NCBI GenBank assembly: GCA_027345185.1
Contig: DAHWIK010000038.1
Coordinates: forward strand, 1 to 48,997
Source: Candidatus Micrarchaeota archaeon
GTDB taxonomy: Archaea; Micrarchaeota; Micrarchaeia; Micrarchaeales; CABMGC01
Length of the DNA stretch: 48,997 nt
Reading direction: 5' to 3'
Below are positions 9,494 to 17,150 of the stretch, piece by piece. Below the pieces are notes generated by a model that saw nothing but the letters and a program-made list of their open reading frames with translations, was not told where the DNA came from and searched no databases. The stretch's first letter is position 1. Every line of letters starts with the position of its first letter. Both the position numbers and the translations under genes were made by a program.

Positions 9494-9761
9494 AAATGTC
9501 CTGTCAGCTCGGGCTCGCGGCGGCTCCTGTATACTGGTGCTCATACTAATGATACGCCGGGATTGGGATTTCCAAAGCTTCTGATCAAACTTTTTCAAAA
9601 GTTTATTTGAACCCAAAAAGCCCGAAGGCCACCAGATCTCGAGTTTCGCCATTTCTTCTGGCGCGATACCGGATTCTGCCATCCCGGCGCAACAATAAGA
9701 CTTGAACGATAAAAGTAATAAATACCCTTATGCTCATTATAATTGAATTACGCCTGATTCG

Positions 9762-11318
9762 ATGGTTACTACTTTAAAGAAGTCAACGTTGAGGCTCTTT
9801 GTTGTGCTTCTCTTCGTGTTTCTTACGCTATCTGGCCTTATATTCTCGCTCTACCTGATCTATTACGGAGCGCACACGCTGTATACATACGTGCTCGCGT
9901 CCCTGTTCATAATGCTCTCCCTGGTCTCGGGCTTCTTCAACATATTCATAGCCTATTCATACTACAAATCATCATTCTACAGCGAGTATCTTGAGGGCAT
10001 AAAGAGGTACCTCAAGCCGCTAAGCGAACATCCAACAGTAGCAATAGTCATGCCGGTATACAACGAGGATCCGTATACGGTCAAGAGGAACATGCTGAAG
10101 CTAAAAGGCATGAAATATCCAAAAGAGAGGATGCATTTCTACCTGCTTGACGACTCAACGAACGAGCAGCTAAGGAGCGACCTGCGCAGATTCGCAGATT
10201 CGAATGGCATAGCATACATACACAGGGACTCACGCTCCGGATTCAAGGCAGGTGCGCTGAACAACATGCTCAAGCACTCAAAGGACCAATACATAGCCCT
10301 CTTCGACTATGACGAGTACCTGACAAACGCCAACTTCCTCGAGGACCTGCTTCCGTATTTCGAGGACAAGAAGCTTTCATACATACAGACTGAGAAGAGG
10401 TATTTCAAGGGCACCTTCTTCTCCGACACAGTGGACCTGTTCGACGCCTTCTTCTTCAAGTTCGTGCAGCCTTCCAGGGCGCTGAACAATACGGCGATAT
10501 TTGCAGGATCATGTGGGCTCATAAGGAGGTCTGCGCTTGACAGGATAGGCGGATTCCCAGAATACATAATAGAGGACACCTTCTTCAGCCTGGAGTCAGA
10601 CATGCACAACTACACGAGCATATACCTGCCCAAGGTTTACGCATACGGCAAGCCGATAACCACATTCACGGACCTCGTCAAGCAGCAGTGGAGGTACAAT
10701 TACGGGGACACGCAGTTCATGCTCTATTACCTGAACAGGTCAAAGAACCCTGAAGCCAAGAGGCAGAGCCTAATGTCAAAGATAGACTATGTGACCCACG
10801 GCCTAGGCATGAACTATGTATCGGTCATACTCATAATGTTCACCTTGATGTCCGTCCTGATAATATTCGCAGCCGTGTCGCCGTCGGAGGTGACCGTTGC
10901 CCAGATGCTTCAGGCCAAGTACATAACCACTGCAATGGAGGTGCTGGGCATAAGCACGTTCGTCATGAGCATAATAGCGCCTGTTGTCCTAACCAAGATA
11001 CACTTCAAGTCATTGAGGAAGGGCTTCATGGTCTTCACCCTCAACTTCTCACTCTCCTTCATAAGGACAAAGGCAGCCCTTGCCGCAGCAATGAACCATT
11101 CTCCGAGCGCAGGCTGGGCAAAGGGCGAGAGCCGCGCAATAAAGAGCAGGGCGCTGCACACCCTGAGAAGCACGCTCACGGAGACTACATTCTCATCGAC
11201 CCTGCTTGTCCTGGGCCTCTTTGCGTTCCTGTTCAACAACGTATACGGTGCCATATGGCTGATATGGTACGCCATACTCTACTCCTCGACATTCATACTG
11301 TTCTACAAATATGGCTGA
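9762..11318 (+). CDS. Membrane-embedded processive family 2 glycosyltransferase (cellulose/chitin/hyaluronan synthase-like)
   Basis: VMPVYNED, LLDDS, FDYDE and the QQWRY (QxxRW) motif. Two N-terminal and several C-terminal TM helices. A TATA-like box lies about 20-25 nt upstream. Confidence 0.8.
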   Translation: MVTTLKKSTLRLFVVLLFVFLTLSGLIFSLYLIYYGAHTLYTYVLASLFIMLSLVSGFFNIFIAYSYYKSSFYSEYLEGIKRYLKPLSEHPTVAIVMPVYNEDPYTVKRNMLKLKGMKYPKERMHFYLLDDSTNEQLRSDLRRFADSNGIAYIHRDSRSGFKAGALNNMLKHSKDQYIALFDYDEYLTNANFLEDLLPYFEDKKLSYIQTEKRYFKGTFFSDTVDLFDAFFFKFVQPSRALNNTAIFAGSCGLIRRSALDRIGGFPEYIIEDTFFSLESDMHNYTSIYLPKVYAYGKPITTFTDLVKQQWRYNYGDTQFMLYYLNRSKNPEAKRQSLMSKIDYVTHGLGMNYVSVILIMFTLMSVLIIFAAVSPSEVTVAQMLQAKYITTAMEVLGISTFVMSIIAPVVLTKIHFKSLRKGFMVFTLNFSLSFIRTKAALAAAMNHSPSAGWAKGESRAIKSRALHTLRSTLTETTFSSTLLVLGLFAFLFNNVYGAIWLIWYAILYSSTFILFYKYG

Positions 11319-11637
11319 CGGCGATAGCTTGATATACCTTAACAAATTCGACTCACCCAAGGGAGTGATGATAGCGATGTGCGACGAGGAGGTGATGGGA
11401 AGGGTGCTAAAGGACGGAAAGGTGGAGATAGACCTTAAGCAGTACGGCGGATTCTACAAGGGCGAGCTCGTGAGCGAGGAGCAGGCGAGGAGGGACATAA
11501 ATGGCAGGGTTTACTCAGCCAACGTGATAGGCGAGAGATCTGTGAAGCTGCTTATAGACGCAGGGCTTGTGAAGCCTGAGGAGGTGAAGTCTGTGCAGGG
11601 CGTACCTGTAGTGCACCTGTTCAAGGTAGAGAAGTAA
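11311..11637 (+). CDS. DUF424-family small archaeal protein
   Basis: VMIAMCDEEVMGRVL ... GGFYKGELVSEEQA resembles DUF424. It overlaps the GT2 stop by 8 nt. Confidence 0.5.
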   Translation: MADGDSLIYLNKFDSPKGVMIAMCDEEVMGRVLKDGKVEIDLKQYGGFYKGELVSEEQARRDINGRVYSANVIGERSVKLLIDAGLVKPEEVKSVQGVPVVHLFKVEK

Positions 11638-11736
11638 GGGGGCAGGATGTGCGCTGTCCGCAGATAATCAGACGAGCGAAAACTATATTAATTAGCGTTA
11701 CCATAATTATATTATAATATAACTATAGTGATTAAT

Positions 11737-12393
11737 ATGCCTACGCCAATCGCAAATATCCTGCTAAGGAAGGATTTTGTAGAGATAGCGCAGCTGCAGG
11801 ACGAGACTATAGAGGGACTATACGAGCTTGATCCTAAGATAGTGCTTCATGGGGGAACTGCAATATGGCGATGCTACAATGGAAACAGGTTTTCCTATGA
11901 CATCGATGCATATGTCTCTTCTGAGCGCGAATTAAATGCAGTGGCAAACGAGTTGACTTTCACTGTCAGGAGGCGCGGAGGACAGCTTGATAAGCTCAAC
12001 ATCATCGAAAGGACGGCCATGGGTCAGGTATCCGATGGGCATGCCAGAGTCAAACTGGATATCATGTATCAGAGAAAACCTGTAAAGTCTATCATAAAGG
12101 AGTATACCCGCATTGACGGGACGCTCTTCAACGTGCTGACGCTTTCCGCAGAAGATTTCATAATCGAGAAGGTCGGCGCGTATGGAAGCAGAGGATACCT
12201 TAGGGATCTATACGACATATACCATCTGATAAATTATGTTGGCGACAAGACCAAGATACGGGAAGCACTGCTCGATTTCCTTAGAGACATAGAGAAGCCT
12301 TCCAACAGAAACGATCTCGAAATGATAGTATATGCGGGTGTGGCGCCGTCATTCGATGAGATGATCGATTATATAAGGGTCAAATTGGAATGA
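11737..12393 (+). CDS. AbiEii/AbiGii-type nucleotidyltransferase toxin-like protein (DUF1814)
   Basis: LHGGTAIWRCYNGNRFSYDIDAYV matches the GGTAL..R.S.DIDF core of AbiEii. The ORF is open from a GTG at 11728, and I prefer the ATG at 11737. The upstream promoter region is AT-rich. Confidence 0.65.
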   Translation: MPTPIANILLRKDFVEIAQLQDETIEGLYELDPKIVLHGGTAIWRCYNGNRFSYDIDAYVSSERELNAVANELTFTVRRRGGQLDKLNIIERTAMGQVSDGHARVKLDIMYQRKPVKSIIKEYTRIDGTLFNVLTLSAEDFIIEKVGAYGSRGYLRDLYDIYHLINYVGDKTKIREALLDFLRDIEKPSNRNDLEMIVYAGVAPSFDEMIDYIRVKLE

Positions 12394-12983
12394 AGCACAT
12401 AAACGAGATTAGAAAGCAGCTGCAGGACGTACGTTTTCCAGTCTTCAAGGTCTCAGACCTTAAAAGCATAGAAGGGATTAGCGATGGCTATAGGCGGGTA
12501 CTGTTGCATAACCTGCTTTCACGCGGAGAGATAGTGCGGATAACCCGCGGCGTATACACATTTCACAGGGACGCAGATGTGGTCTGTTTTGCCTTCTCGC
12601 CCTCATACTACGGGTTTGAGGATGCCCTATCAATACGGGGGCTCTCGGATCAGGCCACAAATCCCATAGTGATGTCTAAAAGGAACGTAAGAAGGGGCCC
12701 AAGGCATTTTATCGGCAGGAATTATCTAGTTTATCATGTAGACAAAAGGCTTTTCTTCGGCTATGACATGGTAAAACACAACGATTTCTGGATTCCTGTA
12801 TCAGATCCGGAGAAGACCCTGATTGATATGTTATACTTTAATTATGATATAAGGGATGAGCTCTGGCCAGGGATCCTGAAGGCGATAAGCAAAAGCAAGC
12901 TGTCGGAATACCTGGGTTTTTACAGCGCAAGATTTAGGAAAAGGGTTTTGGATGAAGTAAAAGCCAATTCCAAGGAGTCCTGA
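12390..12983 (+). CDS. AbiEi-type antitoxin / transcriptional regulator-like protein
   Basis: N-terminal wHTH ending in LLSRGEIVRITRGVYTF, followed by PSYYGFEDALSIRGLSDQ, both typical of AbiEi. A 4-nt ATGA overlap links it to the preceding gene. Confidence 0.6.
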   Translation: MKHINEIRKQLQDVRFPVFKVSDLKSIEGISDGYRRVLLHNLLSRGEIVRITRGVYTFHRDADVVCFAFSPSYYGFEDALSIRGLSDQATNPIVMSKRNVRRGPRHFIGRNYLVYHVDKRLFFGYDMVKHNDFWIPVSDPEKTLIDMLYFNYDIRDELWPGILKAISKSKLSEYLGFYSARFRKRVLDEVKANSKES

Positions 12984-12990
12984 CATGGCT

Positions 12991-13193
12991 TTATGGGCGC
13001 TCCGGAATTATGGCCCATAATATCAGGTATATTACAATGAAAGGTATGAACGCAGTAAATACCGTCAGCAGCACGTAAATTATCCTTATTATGTCGGATC
13101 AACTTCCAAATATTCGGCAATGCCTCCGCACACCCCTGCTATAATCCTCTCCTTTCTGTACCTGTAAAGCCTCTTTATCCTTTTAACTGCCAT
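12991..13193 (-). pseudogene. PspC-domain small membrane protein interrupted by a 1-nt frameshift
   Basis: Minus-strand reading gives MAVKRIKRLYRYRKERIIAGVCGGIAEYLEVDPT then a stop. One base out of frame it continues IIRIIYVLLTVFTAFIPFIVIYLILWAIIPERP then a stop. Joined, these form a canonical ~67-aa PspC domain. Confidence 0.65.
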
Positions 13194-13199
13194 GCCTTG

Positions 13200-13547
13200 T
13201 CATCCTTCCTTGAGCTTCATTATTGCTGCGGCTATGTCTCCGCCTGTCTCCTCAAGCGCAGCGCGGGCTTTGGCTTCGTCGTTGACCCCGGACCTTTCCA
13301 TGACGAGCCTTACGTCGTCCTCATCTATCTCCACCTTTGCCGCTATCCTCTCCACTTCACGTATCTCGCCGCTTATCTGGAAGCTCACGTTTCCCTGCGC
13401 GTTTATCTGCGTGACCTGGGGATTGTCTATCACTATGTCCCTGTCCTCTCCCTCTATGACCACCCTGCCTGCCTTTATCTCAGAGGACTTTATCCCCATG
13501 CTCTCCATCATGCGCTTTAGCTGCCTTGGATCTATGTTTGGCATCAT
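13200..13547 (-). CDS. nac: Nascent polypeptide-associated complex protein (archaeal NAC, NAC + UBA domains)
   Basis: MMPNIDPRQLKRMMESMGI ... NPQVTQINAQGNVSFQISG, plus the C-terminal UBA-like ARAALEETGGDIAAAIMKL. Confidence 0.9.
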   Translation of the reverse strand: MMPNIDPRQLKRMMESMGIKSSEIKAGRVVIEGEDRDIVIDNPQVTQINAQGNVSFQISGEIREVERIAAKVEIDEDDVRLVMERSGVNDEAKARAALEETGGDIAAAIMKLKEG

Positions 13548-13804
13548 GCTTCAACCTGTTACCTATTATATTCTATATTATGTACGCTGCAAAGGTTTAT
13601 AATCTAATTTTCCCAATTACACAAGCATGGGAGCTGCAAAAGACCTATGCAATGCAGAACTGGTCTGGAATCAATCCACGATTGCCGAAATGCCTGCCTT
13701 TTTGGCTTTCGTCGAAGCACTTCGCTTTCAAAAGAAGACATCTACTACAAACAACGTAAATTTATGTTTAATATGCAAACTAAAAGATAAACAAATGGAA
13801 AGCC

Positions 13805-13812
13805 TTTAAATA
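13805..13812 (+). promoter_or_regulatory. TATA-like box (TTTAAATA) upstream of the large surface protein gene
   Basis: Read directly. It lies about 45 nt upstream of the ATG at 13855, with a purine-rich AAAGGGA just before the ATG. Confidence 0.4.
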
Positions 13813-13854
13813 CCTTACGTGCACTCTATACTCAGAAATACTAAAGGGATCGAA

Positions 13855-16800
13855 ATGAAATCCATAAATGCAAAGAGAATAGCTGCAGTCGCAGCAAGCG
13901 TATTGATGGGCCTTGCGTTCGCAGGGTCAGGAGGGGTAACGTGGAGCAACATACCGATAATAAGCAACTCGGGACAGCCTGTAGTGCAGGTTGTAGTTGG
14001 TTCATCCGCTGCACCTAGCGACGGAGTGGTCGCAGCAAACATCGCTGCTGTGCTTGGAAACCTAGCGTTCACAACCCAGAATGTAACAGCAACTCCATCA
14101 GGTTTGAGCAACGTAAAGTGCGTTGTAACAACACCTACATGCACTCTGACAGCCCAGGAGGTCTGGTTCGGAGAGAAGGGATTTGTGGGTCCAAGCGGAT
14201 CGTACACATTCTCAGCATTGATAGGATCAGTGCTTAACGGCGGAGTCCAGTACGGATCGCCTCAGAGCACAAAGCAGCTGCAGACAGGCACAAGCTATGC
14301 ATTTTCAGTATATGGCCCCTCGTCACAGCTCCCTGTTGCGACATCGCCGCCATCATCCCCGTTCTCTGCACTGAACCAGGTTCCATATCCAAACGGAGTA
14401 GGATCCTCGAACGGAGGCGGACTGGCATTCAACGGCTTCAGGAACAACGGATACGATAACGTGCTGCAGGTAACCCCAACGCAGCTGGCAAGCCTTGCAA
14501 ACAACTGGGGCACATACGGTGAGACAGAGAACCTATGGATTACAGGATTCCCTGTATACGACCAGCAGACAAATGCAAACCCATCAACGACACTTGCTAC
14601 CTTTGATGCAGGAGGAGCATACCAGGTGACCTTCAATAAGCCAATACCTGAGCCATACTACCAGTCTTCAGCGAACTCAGTGCTTCAGGTGCCAATAGTC
14701 CTGTTAGGAAAGAACTATACTATACTGAATGTATCAGAGCCATCAGCAGTTTCTGGACTTGGAACACAGAAGGCAGTTCTGGGAGGAAAGCTATCGCTTG
14801 CAGCGTCGCTTACAAACTGGCAGACAGTATACGTAGGGCACAATGTCTCAAGCAACAACTTCACAGTTGAAGTAACGGACTTGGGTCAGACAGTGACTCC
14901 GGCTTCAGGATCGTCTTACACTCCTGTAGCAGTTGACGTGTTCTACCATGGAAACCTCACAGCCAATGGAGTGACAACTCTTGCTCCAAAGACAGTGACC
15001 AAGTTTTCAGTAGGAACGCACAGCGTATATATTGACGTAAACAACACCTTCGCAGGTTTGTACGCATACCAGAAGTGGGCCCAGTTAAAGCTCTACTCCA
15101 ACGTATTCAACTTCACAGGAAACGGAGGGACCTTCAACGCAACAGGCGCAAACGGATGGAACTCATACATATACTGGACAAATGGTACAAGCACCGGAAA
15201 CCTTCCGAACCAGTTGTATAGCATAGTGATATACAACAATACGCCACCTACGCTGACACCTGGACAGAGCTTCACGTTCGTAGCTCCTAACTTCACTGCA
15301 TACAAGCTGAACTTTGTAGGAAGCTCACTGAGCGCATCTCAGTACGATCCTATGACATTCGCCTTGAGCACGCAGTCGAATGTGAACTACCAGAACAATC
15401 CAGGAAGCCATGTGCCAGGACTTAGCAGCATAACCAACATAACGCAGCCTGCGCAGCTTCTGACCATAACAAGCCAGATACCAGGCTCGCTTACAACTCC
15501 TGGACAGGTCGGATCGACATCGTCAGTTGCATACGACCTCACTCCATACCAGCTTACGGAGACAGCAAACGTTATGGGTACAGGAGCAGGAGTTGCAGCA
15601 GGTCCAAGTGCAGCTCAAGGATTGCCAGTGAACGTGGTTGTGACATACACAAACGCGAACATAATACCAAACACTGTGCCATCGTATGTGAACCTAAATA
15701 TAAGAGGATACACATCGAATACAGCAACGAGTTATTCAACAATAACCGTGCCTCTATATGGGTTGGCTGCAGGGTCAACAACAAACACCCTTAACGGCGC
15801 ATCTTATGGATGGCTTAATTCAGGTTCTCCAACTGCGCTGTACAATGTGACCAACATATGGCTCTCAACTGCGTTGCCAGGAATGACGGTGGAAGTCTAT
15901 TCAGATTTACCAACCAGTGCAAACGTGCTTGCGACACTGAGTTCACAGAATCCGCAGACTCTGATTCCTGCAAGTGGAAAGGGATATCAGAATACCCTAG
16001 GAACTGCGGGCTCTGGAGTTACATACAACCAGCAGAATGGCCAGGCAGTGATAAACCAGGGAATAACAGTCACATCGACATCGGGTTCGTACCCTGGAGT
16101 AAAGGCATACCAGTACTTCACTGTGAATGTGCCTGAATACAACGTGCCTGCATCCCAGACATATGAGGATGCATTGGGCTTCGGCATAGTGAACAGCACA
16201 ACGTCCGGAGGAAACGGAGGTCAGATGAACTGGGGATACGAGCTGAACAACTCTGAACAGGGTGGATTCTCTCCGACCACAGCAGTAGGCACAAGGCAGA
16301 ACATGACCTACGAGTCATCGCAGTTCTTCCAAGGTGTGAGTGGATCATCAACGGTCAGTGCACCAGTCGGTTTCATAACAGAGCGTGGAAGCAAAGTGGC
16401 TCAGATATCAACCAACCAGGACACGATAGACCTTGCAACGACCCCAGATCTGCTGCAGTTCGTGGTAACTCCATCAGCAACAGTGGTAAACAGCTCAACG
16501 ACCTCAAAGACCGTTGGTCCGGTAAGCTTGGGACAGGCAGTGCCTGGCTTCGCAAACCTGACAGTAAAGGCTGTGAATGCGACATGCACATTCTCGTCCA
16601 CAAGCTGCACAGTCTCAGGACTTGCTAACGTGACTGCAACACCGTCAGTGACCCAGGCAGTAGTGCCTGTAGCGCTGAACACTGCAACAACGCCTCTCGT
16701 AGTGCTTGACAGCAATGCGAACAGCGCTGCAACATTGGTTGTAGTAGGGTCGAAGTATGTGAACTCCGTAGCAGCACAGGTATTCGCACAGAACCCAACG

Positions 16801-16944
16801 CTCAACTCGAGCTTCGGGCCAACATCTGTAGTGGTACAGGCATATGGAACAAACCGCATACTGGTCGCTGGATACACGGCAAACCAGACAGTACAGGCCG
16901 GAAACCAGTTCATAAACGACCTATTGCAGTCTGCCACAAAGTAA
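13855..16944 (+). CDS. Large secreted, sequon-rich surface glycoprotein (S-layer-like, SlaA-analogous)
   Basis: Signal peptide MKSINAKRIAAVAASVLMGLAFAGSGG. Thr/Ser/Asn/Gly/Val-rich with 23 N-x-S/T sequons by my count, and no C-terminal TM helix. A strong hairpin plus T-tract terminator follows. The ORF is open from 13819. Confidence 0.6.
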   Translation: MKSINAKRIAAVAASVLMGLAFAGSGGVTWSNIPIISNSGQPVVQVVVGSSAAPSDGVVAANIAAVLGNLAFTTQNVTATPSGLSNVKCVVTTPTCTLTAQEVWFGEKGFVGPSGSYTFSALIGSVLNGGVQYGSPQSTKQLQTGTSYAFSVYGPSSQLPVATSPPSSPFSALNQVPYPNGVGSSNGGGLAFNGFRNNGYDNVLQVTPTQLASLANNWGTYGETENLWITGFPVYDQQTNANPSTTLATFDAGGAYQVTFNKPIPEPYYQSSANSVLQVPIVLLGKNYTILNVSEPSAVSGLGTQKAVLGGKLSLAASLTNWQTVYVGHNVSSNNFTVEVTDLGQTVTPASGSSYTPVAVDVFYHGNLTANGVTTLAPKTVTKFSVGTHSVYIDVNNTFAGLYAYQKWAQLKLYSNVFNFTGNGGTFNATGANGWNSYIYWTNGTSTGNLPNQLYSIVIYNNTPPTLTPGQSFTFVAPNFTAYKLNFVGSSLSASQYDPMTFALSTQSNVNYQNNPGSHVPGLSSITNITQPAQLLTITSQIPGSLTTPGQVGSTSSVAYDLTPYQLTETANVMGTGAGVAAGPSAAQGLPVNVVVTYTNANIIPNTVPSYVNLNIRGYTSNTATSYSTITVPLYGLAAGSTTNTLNGASYGWLNSGSPTALYNVTNIWLSTALPGMTVEVYSDLPTSANVLATLSSQNPQTLIPASGKGYQNTLGTAGSGVTYNQQNGQAVINQGITVTSTSGSYPGVKAYQYFTVNVPEYNVPASQTYEDALGFGIVNSTTSGGNGGQMNWGYELNNSEQGGFSPTTAVGTRQNMTYESSQFFQGVSGSSTVSAPVGFITERGSKVAQISTNQDTIDLATTPDLLQFVVTPSATVVNSSTTSKTVGPVSLGQAVPGFANLTVKAVNATCTFSSTSCTVSGLANVTATPSVTQAVVPVALNTATTPLVVLDSNANSAATLVVVGSKYVNSVAAQVFAQNPTLNSSFGPTSVVVQAYGTNRILVAGYTANQTVQAGNQFINDLLQSATK

Positions 16945-16975
16945 GCAGTAGCTGAACCGCAGGTTTAGTTGAATT

Positions 16976-17050
16976 GTGAAGCCTTTTTGGCTTCACGATT
17001 TTCTTTTTCTTCCTTTATTTTTCCTTTTGGTTTCTTCTCCTTCTTTTTTC
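16976..17050 (+). terminator. Hairpin (GTGAAGCC ttttt GGCTTCAC) followed by long T-rich tracts
   Basis: Read directly. A perfect 8-bp stem at 16976-16996 is followed by repeated T4-T6 runs. Oligo-T is the archaeal termination signal. Confidence 0.7.
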
Positions 17051-17110
17051 AATCCTACAGCATGCTCCATGTCCATGCATGCCTGGCAGCGCACCAAGGC
17101 ATAGAGAAAT

Positions 17111-17119
17111 ATTTATAAG
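17111..17119 (+). promoter_or_regulatory. TATA-like box (ATTTATAAG) for the downstream membrane-anchored surface protein
   Basis: About 30-35 nt upstream of the ATG at 17151. This favours 17151 over the upstream in-frame ATGs at 17079 and 17127. Confidence 0.45.
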
Positions 17120-17150
17120 CTTGAATATGCAACTTATAACCGTGTTGTCT

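Noticed and set aside
9555-9595. AATGATAC ... CTGA spacing that looked like C and D boxes of a C/D sRNA downstream of the GH76 gene
   Set aside because: The C box deviates from RUGAUGA, I found no internal C'/D' boxes, and the spacing (about 35 nt) is too short for a canonical two-guide sRNA.
9422-9682. 86-aa minus-strand ORF in the spacer between the GH76 and GT2 genes
   Set aside because: It overlaps the 3' end of the GH76 gene by about 70 nt and has no motifs, no TATA box at suitable spacing and an odd composition.
12920-13120. 66-aa minus-strand ORF from the ORF track
   Set aside because: The same DNA in the other two minus-strand frames encodes the two halves of a clear PspC domain, so this frame is spurious.
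13526-13809. Two overlapping plus-strand ORFs (77 and 60 aa) in the spacer between NAC and the surface-protein gene
   Set aside because: This is an AT-rich promoter region. The ORFs have no motifs, and the space is needed for the divergent promoters of two evidently highly expressed genes.
16401-16937. 178-aa minus-strand ORF, plus other antisense ORFs such as 13815-14207 and 14295-14636, inside the large surface-protein gene
   Set aside because: They are shadow ORFs of a long, well-supported + strand gene. They have low-complexity composition, no motifs and no plausible promoter.
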